Shown: piece by piece, positions 1 to 9,479 of the stretch
How the letters are laid out: each line of letters starts with the position of its first letter
Numbering within the stretch: the first letter of the stretch is position 1
Assembly (NCBI GenBank): GCA_902544525.1
Contig: CACCCN010000001.1
Location: 41,289 to 105,288, forward strand
Direction of reading: 5' to 3'
DNA from: an uncultured Pelagibacteraceae bacterium
Lineage (GTDB): Bacteria; Pseudomonadota; Alphaproteobacteria; Pelagibacterales; AG-422-B15
Length of the DNA: 64,000 nucleotides
Notes under the pieces: model-generated
The model's input: only the letters and a program-made list of their open reading frames with translations
The model's database searches: none
Told to the model about the DNA's origin: nothing
Position numbers and translations under genes: made by a program

Positions 1-472
1 GTATTTGATATCCAATTGCGGATAGTGCGGGCATAGCCATATCAAATGCCTCTCTTGTTCCACCAACCAGAATAGCAATATTTCCTGTTGCAGCTCTGTG
101 ACATCCTCCAGACACAGGTGCCTCAATTGCATGAGCTTCTTTTTCAATTATTATGCTGGCTAATCTTTTCATTTCTTTGTCATCCGTTGTACTCATTTCA
201 ATCCAGAGTTTTCCTGATCCCATACCTTTAATTAACCCTTCTGCGCCCTCAAGAACACTTTCAACAGCTTTTGGGCTTGGCAGGCATGTTATTGATATAT
301 CCGATTTTTTAGCAAGTTCTTTTGGGGTTTCTAACCACTTAGCTCCTTTTTTAATTAATTCATTACCTGCATCTTTATCAAGATCATTTATAAAAAGCTC
401 AAAACCACTTTCTAAAACACTATTTGCTAATTTAAAACCTACATTTCCTAATCCAATAAAGCCTATTTTCAT
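1..472 (-). CDS. NAD(P)-dependent beta-hydroxyacid dehydrogenase family (3-hydroxyisobutyrate/6-phosphogluconate dehydrogenase-like), N-terminal part; C-terminus lies beyond the window edge
   Basis: The reverse complement from ATG at 472-470 reads MKIGFIGLGNVGFKLANSVLESGFELFINDLDKDAGNE, a Rossmann GxGxxG N-terminus typical of this family. It is absent from the ORF track because it runs off the window. The + strand ORF 153..497 is antisense to it. Confidence 0.6.
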   Translation of the reverse strand, partial: MKIGFIGLGNVGFKLANSVLESGFELFINDLDKDAGNELIKKGAKWLETPKELAKKSDISITCLPSPKAVESVLEGAEGLIKGMGSGKLWIEMSTTDDKEMKRLASIIIEKEAHAIEAPVSGGCHRAATGNIAILVGGTREAFDMAMPALSAIGYQI

Positions 473-491
473 TATTATTTACCTTTCAAGT

Positions 492-1418
492 TTATAATGT
501 TGGAGGGATAGATTGCTGTCTTGTTCCTATAGCATGATAAGCTATAGAAAATATAATTGCGCCACCGCCATACAAAGTAATTGCTGATGGAATTTCATTT
601 ATTCCAAATATTGGTAACCAACACCAAAGCACTCCAGCTACAACTTCTAACAATGATAGCAACATAAATTCTGCTGTTGGTAAATATTTTGCGCCAATAC
701 TTAGGCAAATTAATCCGGTGGCAACAAATGTACCATGAAGCATGCTTAGCAAAATATTTCTTATCGGCATAGAGTATTCATCGCCAGATATTAAAATCAT
801 CAAAATAGAAAATAGTGAGCAAGTAATCCCAGCTATTATGATTGTTGTGAACTTTGGAGTATCTGGCCGCCATCTCAAACTTACTGCAAAAATTGAAAAT
901 CCAATTGAACATAGCAATCCAAATAACCAGCCAAGTAATGTACCAGATTGCCAATCATTATAAGCCATAAGAAATATTCCAAAAAAAGAAATGAGGCATG
1001 CAATGATGGTGGCAGATCTAACTTGTTCCTTTAAAAAGATATAGGCAAGTAGTCCTGCAAATAACGGCTGTGTTCCAATCATGAATAGTGTCGTTGCAGC
1101 TGATGTAAAAGTCATTCCAAAAATAAAAAAAATAAATGCAAACGCTAAACTAACTCCACCAATAACGCCGGATGATCCTACCCTTCTAAAATTTTTATAA
1201 AAATCTATTCCCTCTTTGTATAATAAAAAAATAACCAAGATTGTAGCTACAGTAATGCCTCTATAGAAAAGATAATGCCATTGATATATATCAGCATCAA
1301 TCATGTAGCGAATTGTTGGAGCACCAAAACTCCATATTAAGCCTGCAGCAAGAGCTAAAACAAAACCTAAATAATATTTATTGCTATAGTCTTGTTGGGA
1401 AGCTGATAAATCAGTCAT
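492..1418 (-). CDS. DMT superfamily (EamA-like) transporter
   Basis: 308 aa and about 10 hydrophobic helices arranged as two EamA-like halves. No soluble domain. Confidence 0.75.
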   Translation of the reverse strand: MTDLSASQQDYSNKYYLGFVLALAAGLIWSFGAPTIRYMIDADIYQWHYLFYRGITVATILVIFLLYKEGIDFYKNFRRVGSSGVIGGVSLAFAFIFFIFGMTFTSAATTLFMIGTQPLFAGLLAYIFLKEQVRSATIIACLISFFGIFLMAYNDWQSGTLLGWLFGLLCSIGFSIFAVSLRWRPDTPKFTTIIIAGITCSLFSILMILISGDEYSMPIRNILLSMLHGTFVATGLICLSIGAKYLPTAEFMLLSLLEVVAGVLWCWLPIFGINEIPSAITLYGGGAIIFSIAYHAIGTRQQSIPPTL

Positions 1419-1460
1419 ATAAAAAAATCATATATAATTTTTAGGGGGATTACACTATAA

Positions 1461-2594
1461 ATGAATGCTATGGAAATAAGTTCTAAATATGGAATCTATG
1501 AAAAGCGTTTCGAAAAAGTATTCGAACAATTTAGAGAAAATTTGGAAACAAATATAGATATTGGTGCATCTTTCTCTGTTTACTCTAATAATAAAGCATT
1601 AATCAATCTTGCCGGTGGTTATAAAAATAAAGATAAGACCGAACCATGGTCACTAGATACTACTGTATGTGTTCACTCAACAGGAAAAGGTGTTGTTGCA
1701 ATGTGCTTAGCTTTATTAATCGATAGAGGTTTATTAAATCTAGATGAAGCTGTTGCTAACTATTGGCCTGAGTTTGGCTCAAAATCAAAAGGAAATATTT
1801 CTGTCAAAACTCTGCTTTCACACCAAGCTGGTTTATTTGCTTGGAAAGAAAAAATGATAGAGGAAGATTTCTTAAATTGGGATTATTGCGTTGGACTGCT
1901 AGCTAATCAAGAAACACTACATGAACCTAATAGTGAAATTTGCTATCACGCTAAATCTATTGGTTTTCTTATAGGTGAATTGGTTAAACGTATTACAGGA
2001 AATTCAATTGGCAAATTTTTAAAAGATGAGCTTGCAGATCCTCTTAATGTCGCATGCACCATAGGAACACCGGCTGAGAAACATATCAATATTGCTGAAT
2101 TAATGAATTCTAAAAATTTAAATGACGCATTTAAGGAACCAAATAATATAGATGAGTATGTCATGAAAGCATTTTTGAATCCTGGCAACCGAACCAGAAC
2201 AGCCAATACTGCAAAATTTAGAGAAGCAGAAATTCCTGCTTTGAACTGTCATAGTAATTCGTCATCACTTGCTAAATTATACGATCACTTTTTTAATAAC
2301 GAATTTGTAAGTAAATCAACTTTTAAAAAAATCACATCAATCGAGGTAAGGGGCAATGATCAAGTAATGAAAAGACCAATGCAATGGAGTCCTGTGGGTT
2401 TTAGTATTGGTGGAGGAAAATTATTTGGAGAGAGTAGTCATGCATTTGGTCATACAGGATGGGGCGGCTCAATGGCTTTCACTGATCCTGATAATAATTT
2501 AAGTGTCGCATATGCTATGAATCTTCTTACAGGATCAATGCTAGGAGATCATAGAGCAATGAAGTTAGTTGAGCTTACTTATGAGTGTTTATGA
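1461..2594 (+). CDS. Serine hydrolase, beta-lactamase fold (family VIII esterase/EstB-like)
   Basis: S-x-x-K nucleophile motif (HSTGKGV) near the N-terminus and an HTGWGGS box near the C-terminus. Length is 377 aa. Confidence 0.75.
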   Translation: MNAMEISSKYGIYEKRFEKVFEQFRENLETNIDIGASFSVYSNNKALINLAGGYKNKDKTEPWSLDTTVCVHSTGKGVVAMCLALLIDRGLLNLDEAVANYWPEFGSKSKGNISVKTLLSHQAGLFAWKEKMIEEDFLNWDYCVGLLANQETLHEPNSEICYHAKSIGFLIGELVKRITGNSIGKFLKDELADPLNVACTIGTPAEKHINIAELMNSKNLNDAFKEPNNIDEYVMKAFLNPGNRTRTANTAKFREAEIPALNCHSNSSSLAKLYDHFFNNEFVSKSTFKKITSIEVRGNDQVMKRPMQWSPVGFSIGGGKLFGESSHAFGHTGWGGSMAFTDPDNNLSVAYAMNLLTGSMLGDHRAMKLVELTYECL

Positions 2595-3919
2595 AAATGA
2601 GTTTTAAAAAAAAGTTTTTTTATGGAGGTGGGGATTTTGCTATCAATATTATGTGGCAATTAACTATCTTTTATTTATTATTTTTTTACACAGATATATT
2701 TGGAATATCGCCAGCAAACGCAGGACTAGTATTTTTTATTGCAAAAATATGGGATGCAGTAACTGACCCAATTATGGGGTATATCGCTGATAATACTTCT
2801 ACAAAATGGGGAAAGTTTCGACCTTACATTTTATTTGGATCCATACCGGCATTAATAATGATTGTTCTATGCTTTACCTCGCCAACGTTATCTCAAACTG
2901 GAAAATTTTACTGGGCACTTTGTACTTATATAACTTTTACAACTTTATACACAATTATTGCAATTCCAGTGGGATCACTAATCCCTGCCATGACTCAAGA
3001 TAGAGATGAAAGAACATCATTAGCTTCTTTTCGATATTTAGGTGCAAGTTCTGGATCTATATCAGTTGCAGTATTAACTCTTCCTCTTGTCGGACTATTT
3101 AGTTCGCCTCAATATGGTTTTCCAATAACTGTAGCTATACTTGCCTTCTTTGGTGCGATCTTTGCATTCTTATGTTTTTATCACACTGAAGAAAAGTATT
3201 CTAAAACTTATGAAAAACGTGTGAGTATCAAAGATTTATTGAGAATGGTATTCTCAAATTTTCCTTTACACCTAGTAATACTTGCGCTGCTTACAACCTG
3301 GATTGCAAATAATATCAAACAAATAACAGTAATCTATTTTGTAAAATATAACTTACAATTAGAGGCTTTCTTTAGTCCCATTCTTCTTTCAGTCATTTTA
3401 CAAATTATGTTTGGAGCATTTTTGATAAATTTAATAAAACATAAATTTGAAAAGAAAACTTTATTTATGATAGGGACATTCCTATATGTCATTACTGATT
3501 TGATTATTTATTATATTACTGGTTATGAAAATTTTTGGCTTTTTGCATTTGTAGCATCATTTGGCTTTGTTGGCTTTGGAATGGCTGGGGTAATGGCGTG
3601 GTCAATGATAGCTGATACGGTTGAATATGGAGAGTGGAAATCTGGATTTAGAGCAGAAGGCACGCTAAATGCTGCGCATGTATTTGTATTTAAGTTAAGT
3701 GTTGGTTTTAGCGCGTGGCTAGCAGGTTACATATTAGATAGAACTAATTATAAACCCAATGCAGAAATACAGAGTATTGATACACTAAATGGACTATTTA
3801 TTATGGGCTATATCTTTCCTGCAATTGCTGGAACTATTGCCATTATAGTTATGCTTTTTCATAACTATAATGGTGCTTTTTATGAGAAAATTTTTTCTGA
3901 GCTCAAGCAGCGTCAATAA
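2591..3919 (+). CDS. Glycoside-pentoside-hexuronide (GPH):cation symporter, MelB/LacS-like
   Basis: The N-terminus GGGDFAINIMWQ...FFYTDIFGISPANAGLVFFIAKIWDAVTDPIMGYIADNTSTKWGKFRPY is the GPH family signature, with 12 predicted TM helices. ATG 2591 forms an ATGA overlap with the upstream stop; the ORF track starts at GTG 2585. Confidence 0.8.
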   Translation: MKMSFKKKFFYGGGDFAINIMWQLTIFYLLFFYTDIFGISPANAGLVFFIAKIWDAVTDPIMGYIADNTSTKWGKFRPYILFGSIPALIMIVLCFTSPTLSQTGKFYWALCTYITFTTLYTIIAIPVGSLIPAMTQDRDERTSLASFRYLGASSGSISVAVLTLPLVGLFSSPQYGFPITVAILAFFGAIFAFLCFYHTEEKYSKTYEKRVSIKDLLRMVFSNFPLHLVILALLTTWIANNIKQITVIYFVKYNLQLEAFFSPILLSVILQIMFGAFLINLIKHKFEKKTLFMIGTFLYVITDLIIYYITGYENFWLFAFVASFGFVGFGMAGVMAWSMIADTVEYGEWKSGFRAEGTLNAAHVFVFKLSVGFSAWLAGYILDRTNYKPNAEIQSIDTLNGLFIMGYIFPAIAGTIAIIVMLFHNYNGAFYEKIFSELKQRQ

Positions 3920-3925
3920 TTACAA

Positions 3926-4960
3926 ATGAAAAGGGAAATTTCTTCAAGTGCAAATGGGCGAGTTAATCTTCTTGGCGAACACTTAGACTATAATGGCGGT
4001 GCAGTTCTTCCGTTGCAAATTGATAAATGTGTCAAAATTTATTTGTCCGATAATAATACTAATGAAAAAATTGTTATAAAGTCCAAACAGTATGATGAAA
4101 AAGTAATTATAAATCATAATCTTGCAAAGCAAGAGAATTGGTCAGATTTTGTTGTGGGCGCATGTAAAATAATTTCTGATAAATTTGGAATAAAAATATC
4201 TAGTATAAATTTTGTAATTGATAGCGATTTGCCTATAGGAATTGGTTTATCGTCATCTGCTGCAATTACTGTGGCTACTTTAAGAGCATTAATTACGAAA
4301 TATAATATTGAAATTTCTAATGAAGAAATAGTTAGTCTCGCTTTAAGAGTAGAAAGTGATTTTGTAAATGTTGGTGGAGGTATGATGGATCAATTTACCT
4401 CTATTTATGGCAGTACTTCTGAAATACTCTACTTAGATACTGCAACTAATGACTTTGAATTAATTACTCTAAATGAAAACTATAAATTTTTAATTATAGA
4501 TAGCGGTGAGTCGAGAATCTTAGCGAATAGTGAATTTAATAGTAGAAAGATCTTATGTGAAAATGTTGCTAATAAATTGAGTTTAAACTACTTATGTGAA
4601 TTATCAGATCTTGATGAAAAATTAACTAAAAAACTTACAATGGAAGAAATTAAAATTGCAAAACATGTAGTTTATGAAAATATAAGAGTTCACAAAGGTA
4701 AAAAATCGTTATTAAGTAATAATTACGATTTATTTGGTAAGTTAATGACAGAAAGTCATATGTCCTTAAAAAATAATTATGAAGTGTCAACTGCAAATTT
4801 AGATACTCTGGTAAATCTTTGTAATTCATTTGGAGCCTTAGGTTCAAAATTAACAGGTGCTGGATTTGGTGGGGCAATTGTTTCACTAATAAAAAATGAT
4901 TTGGTAGATGATTTAAAAAAGTATATTATCAAAAATTATCCAAACGCTAAATTTCTATAA
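3926..4960 (+). CDS. galK: Galactokinase (GHMP kinase)
   Basis: Galactokinase signature GRVNLLGEHLDYNGGAVLP and the GHMP ATP motif PIGIGLSSSAA. Confidence 0.8.
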   Translation: MKREISSSANGRVNLLGEHLDYNGGAVLPLQIDKCVKIYLSDNNTNEKIVIKSKQYDEKVIINHNLAKQENWSDFVVGACKIISDKFGIKISSINFVIDSDLPIGIGLSSSAAITVATLRALITKYNIEISNEEIVSLALRVESDFVNVGGGMMDQFTSIYGSTSEILYLDTATNDFELITLNENYKFLIIDSGESRILANSEFNSRKILCENVANKLSLNYLCELSDLDEKLTKKLTMEEIKIAKHVVYENIRVHKGKKSLLSNNYDLFGKLMTESHMSLKNNYEVSTANLDTLVNLCNSFGALGSKLTGAGFGGAIVSLIKNDLVDDLKKYIIKNYPNAKFL

Positions 4961-4962
4961 AT

Positions 4963-6198
4963 ATGAAATTAAATCTACCAAAAGAATTTATATGGGGAAC
5001 TGCGACCGCTGCTCATCAAGTTGAAGGAAATAACACTAACTCTGATTTCTGGCTTTTAGAAAATACCAAAAATACTGTATTTGCAGAGCCATCTGGTATT
5101 ACCTGTGACCAATGGAACAGATATGATGAAGACATTAAACTCATGGCTGATCATTCTATTCAATCTTATCGATTATCAATTGAATGGGCGCGAATTCAAC
5201 CTTCTGAAACTGAATTTTCGCAAGAGGCAATTGATCATTACAAAAAAGTTCTTGATTGTTGTCATGCTCATGGTCTTAAGACTTGTGTCACTTATCAACA
5301 TTTTACTTCACCCCTTTGGTTTACAGCGAGGGGTGGTTGGGAAAAAAGTGAAAATACAGATTTTTTCTCAAAATATGTAGAGAGAGCTACCACGGAGCTG
5401 GGGGACAAAATAGATACTATATGTACTATCAATGAAGCTAATTTAACAGCACAGCATTTTTTTAGATTTCCAATTTATCCAGAAAATGGAATGAAAACTA
5501 TGATGCCTTTCGTAAGCGATGCGGCAAAAGCGTGTGGTTCAGATTTAGATAATTTTGGTCCTTTCTTATTTGGGCATCCTTTTAAAATTAGGGACTGTAT
5601 GATGCAAGCTCACGTCAACTCAGTGCCAATCATTAAAGGGCTTCTTAATAAAAACCAACCTGTTGGAATAACACTAGCTATTGAAGATTACCAATGTATT
5701 GAAGGTGGAGAGGAGTCTAGAAGTAAGGCTCATGCTGAATCGGTTGATGTATGTTTAGATCAAATCAAAGACGATGATTTTGTAGGCATTCAAATGTACA
5801 CTCGTCATATTTTTGGTCCAGAAGGAGTAACTCCAAATAAAGAGAGGGAAATGCTTGTAATGGATTATGAATATTATCCAGAATCACTAGAGAATGTAAT
5901 CAAATACGTAGCTCCAAAAATCAATTGTCCTATAATTGTAACAGAAAATGGAATCGGAACTGATGATGATAACCAGAGAATTAGTTATATTACAACAGCG
6001 CTAGAAGGACTTCAAAAATGCCTTGATGATGGTATAGATATTAGAGGTTATTATTATTGGTCTTTCTTAGATAATTTTGAGTGGGTTTATGGCTACAAAC
6101 CGAGATTTGGACTTGTCAAAGTAAATCGAGAGACACAAGAAAGAAAAGCTAAAGAAAGTCTAAAGTTTTATCAAAAAATAATTAATGACTCAAAGTAA
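4963..6198 (+). CDS. Glycoside hydrolase family 1 (beta-glucosidase/beta-galactosidase)
   Basis: GH1 N-terminal signature FIWGTATAAHQVEGN, acid/base TINEAN, nucleophile VTENGIG, and C-terminal YYYWSFLDNFEW. Confidence 0.85.
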   Translation: MKLNLPKEFIWGTATAAHQVEGNNTNSDFWLLENTKNTVFAEPSGITCDQWNRYDEDIKLMADHSIQSYRLSIEWARIQPSETEFSQEAIDHYKKVLDCCHAHGLKTCVTYQHFTSPLWFTARGGWEKSENTDFFSKYVERATTELGDKIDTICTINEANLTAQHFFRFPIYPENGMKTMMPFVSDAAKACGSDLDNFGPFLFGHPFKIRDCMMQAHVNSVPIIKGLLNKNQPVGITLAIEDYQCIEGGEESRSKAHAESVDVCLDQIKDDDFVGIQMYTRHIFGPEGVTPNKEREMLVMDYEYYPESLENVIKYVAPKINCPIIVTENGIGTDDDNQRISYITTALEGLQKCLDDGIDIRGYYYWSFLDNFEWVYGYKPRFGLVKVNRETQERKAKESLKFYQKIINDSK

Positions 6199-6199
6199 T

Positions 6200-6634
6200 T
6201 TAAGTCTCGTCAAAATTGGAAGTGTTTAAATAACATCCAGCTATTAGCCAACTATTATCTGGTTGCCGCTGCATCAAATAAGTAGCTGTTACGAAGTTAC
6301 CATCTGGATCAACCAAGAACACATTTAAAGTAGGCGCTCCTCTGATTATTGTTGCTTCACCGAAATCAATTTTTTTTGGTCTATAAACTGCTTGATATTG
6401 CGTGACAACCATATTTTTGAAAATTTCAGGGGATGAAAAAATTCTTTTTATCAGTGGAGCGGCATAAGAATAGGCTTTTTCAAAATCGTCTTTTGCGAAA
6501 GCCTCAAGTTGTTGTTCAACAACATTTTTTATATTGGCTTTATCATTATTTGACAATTGTTCAGCTTTAAGCTGGCTCACACCACTTAAAAAAAAGAAAA
6601 GTAATAAAGCTATTAGAAACTTTATTTTTACCAC
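6200..6634 (-). CDS. DUF4864 domain protein (NTF2-like), secreted
   Basis: N-terminal signal peptide. The body (QQLEAFAKDDFEKAYSYAAP...YRPKKIDFGE...YLMQRQPDNSWLIAGCYL) matches the DUF4864 pattern as I remember it. Confidence 0.6.
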   Translation of the reverse strand: MVKIKFLIALLLFFFLSGVSQLKAEQLSNNDKANIKNVVEQQLEAFAKDDFEKAYSYAAPLIKRIFSSPEIFKNMVVTQYQAVYRPKKIDFGEATIIRGAPTLNVFLVDPDGNFVTATYLMQRQPDNSWLIAGCYLNTSNFDET

Positions 6635-7816
6635 TTATAAAACTTCAAACAGACCAGCAGCACCCATACCACCGCCAATGCACATGGTCACAACACCATA
6701 TTTGATACCACGTCTTTTGCCTTCTATTAAAATATGACCTGTCATTCTTGACCCAGTCATACCATAAGGATGACCTATTGAAATTGAACCACCATTGACA
6801 TTCAATTTTTCGTTATCAATTCCAAGTTGATCACGACAATAAAGAACTTGAGATGCAAATGCCTCGTTCAATTCCCAAAGATCAATATCATCAATAGTTA
6901 AACCATTCTGCTTTAACAGTTTAGGCACAGCGATAACAGGACCTATACCCATTTCGTCTGGCTCACAACCGCCAATGGCTAATCCTCTAAATATACCCAT
7001 AGGTTCGATATTTCTTTTTTCTGCTTCTTTAAGGTCCATTAACACACATGAAGATGCTCCATCAGATAACTGACTTGCATTACCTGCTGTGATAAATTTG
7101 TCAGGTCCATTTATAGGATTTAACGCAGCGAGATTCTCTAAAGTTGTTGATGGACGATTACATTCATCTTTATCAACTGTTACTTCTTGTTCAGTAACTT
7201 CTTTTGTTTCTTTATTCATAACATCCATCTTGGTTTGTAAAGGAACAATTTCATCAGAAAATTTTCCTGCCTCTTGAGCAGCAGCTGTTCTTTGTTGGCT
7301 CTGAAGTGAGTATTCGTCTTGAGACTCTCTTGATATATTATATCTCTCTGCAACAATATCAGCTGTATTAATCATTGGCATCCACAAAGCTGGACAGATT
7401 TTTTGCAATTCTGGCTCTACAAGATGTTTAAAGTTTAGATTAGTTTGAGTCATTGAAATAGACTCAACACCACCACCGATTGTTACTTTTACTCCATCAA
7501 CAATAATTCTTTGCGCAGCTACAGCTATAGATTGCAAGCCAGATGAGCAGAATCTATTAATGGTAGTTCCGGGAACAGTTACTGGACATCCACCCGCAAT
7601 GGCTACATTTCTTCCAATATTGTGACCCGTAGCTGCTTCAGGTTGGCCACAGCCAAAAATTATATCTTCAACTTCACCTGCATCAATTCCAGCTCGTTCA
7701 ATTGCATGTTTCACGGTATGACCACCCATAGTAATGCCATGAGTTTTATTAAAACCACCACGCATAGCTTTTGCTAAACCAGTTCTTGCTGTTGAAATAA
7801 TTGCTGCTTCTCTCAT
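6635..7816 (-). CDS. Acetyl-CoA C-acyltransferase (thiolase)
   Basis: 393 aa. Active-site Cys context NRFCSSGLQ, C-terminal GHPYGMTG and CIGGGMGAA motifs. Confidence 0.9.
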   Translation of the reverse strand: MREAAIISTARTGLAKAMRGGFNKTHGITMGGHTVKHAIERAGIDAGEVEDIIFGCGQPEAATGHNIGRNVAIAGGCPVTVPGTTINRFCSSGLQSIAVAAQRIIVDGVKVTIGGGVESISMTQTNLNFKHLVEPELQKICPALWMPMINTADIVAERYNISRESQDEYSLQSQQRTAAAQEAGKFSDEIVPLQTKMDVMNKETKEVTEQEVTVDKDECNRPSTTLENLAALNPINGPDKFITAGNASQLSDGASSCVLMDLKEAEKRNIEPMGIFRGLAIGGCEPDEMGIGPVIAVPKLLKQNGLTIDDIDLWELNEAFASQVLYCRDQLGIDNEKLNVNGGSISIGHPYGMTGSRMTGHILIEGKRRGIKYGVVTMCIGGGMGAAGLFEVL

Positions 7817-8021
7817 TATACTGTTCCTTTAATTATGAATAGAAAGCCGTAAAGATACATGCTTTAAAGATAATTAAAAGAGTATTTTTTTGTAATAGAT
7901 TCAATTAGTTAAATATTCTCTTAAATTTAAAATTAAATTTAAATTTATTAGATATTAATCTTGACCATACATAGTCTTAATTATAGAAGGACATCACAAA
8001 CAAATAATCGGTAAGTACAAT

Positions 8022-8456
8022 ATGGTTATGTTAAAAACACAAGATGCTCCAACATGGGTTCCTGAGGGATACAAAAAACTTGGATGGCATGCTGGATTCG
8101 ATGTTTTAATTGGGCCAATGTATTATAAAAAAGACGAAAATAATAATTTCAAATTTATTTCAAAAATTTTAGATAAACACCTTAATGCTGCAGGTATTGC
8201 CCATGGTGGATTTTCCATGGCTCTTGCCGATATTTTTTTTGGATCTGTAGCTTTCTCTGCATGCGGTAAAAAATCTACAAGTACTATTTCATTAAATTCA
8301 AACTTTGTTTCACCAGGATTGCTTGATGAAATAGTCGAATGTGAAGCCAAAGTAACAAAAATGACTAGATCTCTTATATTTATAGAGGGTTCAATATCAT
8401 CAGGTGATAAAACAATTCTATCTGCTTCAGGAATTTGGAAAATACTAGGTCAGTAA
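8022..8456 (+). CDS. PaaI-family hotdog-fold thioesterase
   Basis: 144 aa with the GIAHGGFSMALAD motif typical of PaaI/4HBT class II thioesterases. Confidence 0.65.
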   Translation: MVMLKTQDAPTWVPEGYKKLGWHAGFDVLIGPMYYKKDENNNFKFISKILDKHLNAAGIAHGGFSMALADIFFGSVAFSACGKKSTSTISLNSNFVSPGLLDEIVECEAKVTKMTRSLIFIEGSISSGDKTILSASGIWKILGQ

Positions 8457-8981
8457 TTTGAAGTATCTATCTATTGCTACATAAGTTTTCATATCCTGTA
8501 ATTTATTTCTATTCATTAATTTTCTAATTTCATTTTTTGAAAATATTTTTACATCAATAACTTCATCATCATCTAAATTTGTTTCAAATTTCTGTTTACA
8601 ATCAACTGTATAAGTAAAAATTCTGCAACTGTTATAAGCAGGAGTTGCAAAATAATTTCCTAAGCTTTTCCAGTTCGTTCCGACATATCCAGTTTCTTCC
8701 TTAAGTTCTCTTTTGGCACATTTTAGTGGTGTTTCATTTTGGTCAATCGTTCCAGCCGGAACTTCCCAAATTATTTGATCAGCACCATATCGATACTGTC
8801 TTACCAATAGAATATTTTTTTTATCTATAACCGGAACAATAGAAGTTATGCCATTGTGCTTAATCAAGTAACGATTCATAACTTTATTGTTAACCCACTT
8901 AACTTCATCAATACAAAAATCAAAGACTTTAGTTTTAATTTTCTTTTTATTTTTGATAAAAGTGGCTTTTTTTAAATTCAT
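8445..8981 (-). CDS. NUDIX hydrolase (ADP-ribose/nucleoside-diphosphate-sugar pyrophosphatase-like)
   Basis: Nudix box GTIDQNETPLKCAKRELKEETGY. Confidence 0.8.
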   Translation of the reverse strand: MNLKKATFIKNKKKIKTKVFDFCIDEVKWVNNKVMNRYLIKHNGITSIVPVIDKKNILLVRQYRYGADQIIWEVPAGTIDQNETPLKCAKRELKEETGYVGTNWKSLGNYFATPAYNSCRIFTYTVDCKQKFETNLDDDEVIDVKIFSKNEIRKLMNRNKLQDMKTYVAIDRYFKLLT

Positions 8982-9479
8982 TTAATTTATAACTTTAAAA
9001 TCAATATATTTTATAGGGTTATGCTTTTCTTCAATAAATTTTATCATATCAGAAGTAGCAATATTTATTGTGGCGGTATTTACTAATGGATGAAAATTTA
9101 ATTTCTCATAATTAAGAAAGTTTTTATCTAAGAAAAAGAGGACTTTTTTATCAACATCATTGATTAATGCAAATGGACTTACAGATCCAGGTTCAATCCC
9201 TAATATTGATTCTAGATATTCTGCTTTTGCAAATGAAAGTTTCTTTGACCCAATAAAATTCATTATTTTTTTTAAATCTACTTTGGTATTTTCTTCTACG
9301 CTTAATAAATAAAATTGTCCCTTAGCATCTTTTAAAAATAAATTTTTGGAGTGTGCGCCTAAAATTGAGCCTCTAAGCAATTTAGAATCTTCAACTGTAA
9401 ATAAAGGTGCATGTTCTTTTACTTCATAGTCACAATTAGACTCATCTAATAACTTAATTAGTTCTTCTTTAGACAGCAT
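8982..9479 (-). CDS. YbaK/ProX-like aminoacyl-tRNA trans-editing domain protein
   Basis: 165 aa. The HSKNLFLKD...GSVSPFALIND pattern is characteristic of YbaK/ProRS-associated deacylases. Confidence 0.6.
   Translation of the reverse strand: MLSKEELIKLLDESNCDYEVKEHAPLFTVEDSKLLRGSILGAHSKNLFLKDAKGQFYLLSVEENTKVDLKKIMNFIGSKKLSFAKAEYLESILGIEPGSVSPFALINDVDKKVLFFLDKNFLNYEKLNFHPLVNTATINIATSDMIKFIEEKHNPIKYIDFKVIN

Noticed and set aside
153-497. 114-aa + strand ORF from the track
   Set aside because: It is antisense to a much better supported minus-strand gene whose product starts MKIGFIGLGNVG (Rossmann dehydrogenase). Its own translation is low-complexity Ser/Leu/Pro-rich with no motif.
5081-5380. 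99-aa alternative-frame ORF inside the GH1 gene, and similar internal ORFs (742..963, 1946..2206, 2806..3003, 14328..14522, 19875..20138, 21409..21699, 31069..31311, 32163..32435, 52650..52904, 58442..58738)
   Set aside because: All are nested in, or antisense to, genes with clear family signatures. None has a recognisable motif or plausible translation signals.
7817-8021. AT-tract repeats (ttaaatttaaaattaaatttaaattta) and a TTGACC...TAGAAG promoter-like pair between the thiolase and thioesterase genes
   Set aside because: The -10 candidates lack the invariant final T, and the spacing is ambiguous. The A/T repeats are low-complexity sequence and cannot be distinguished from background by eye.
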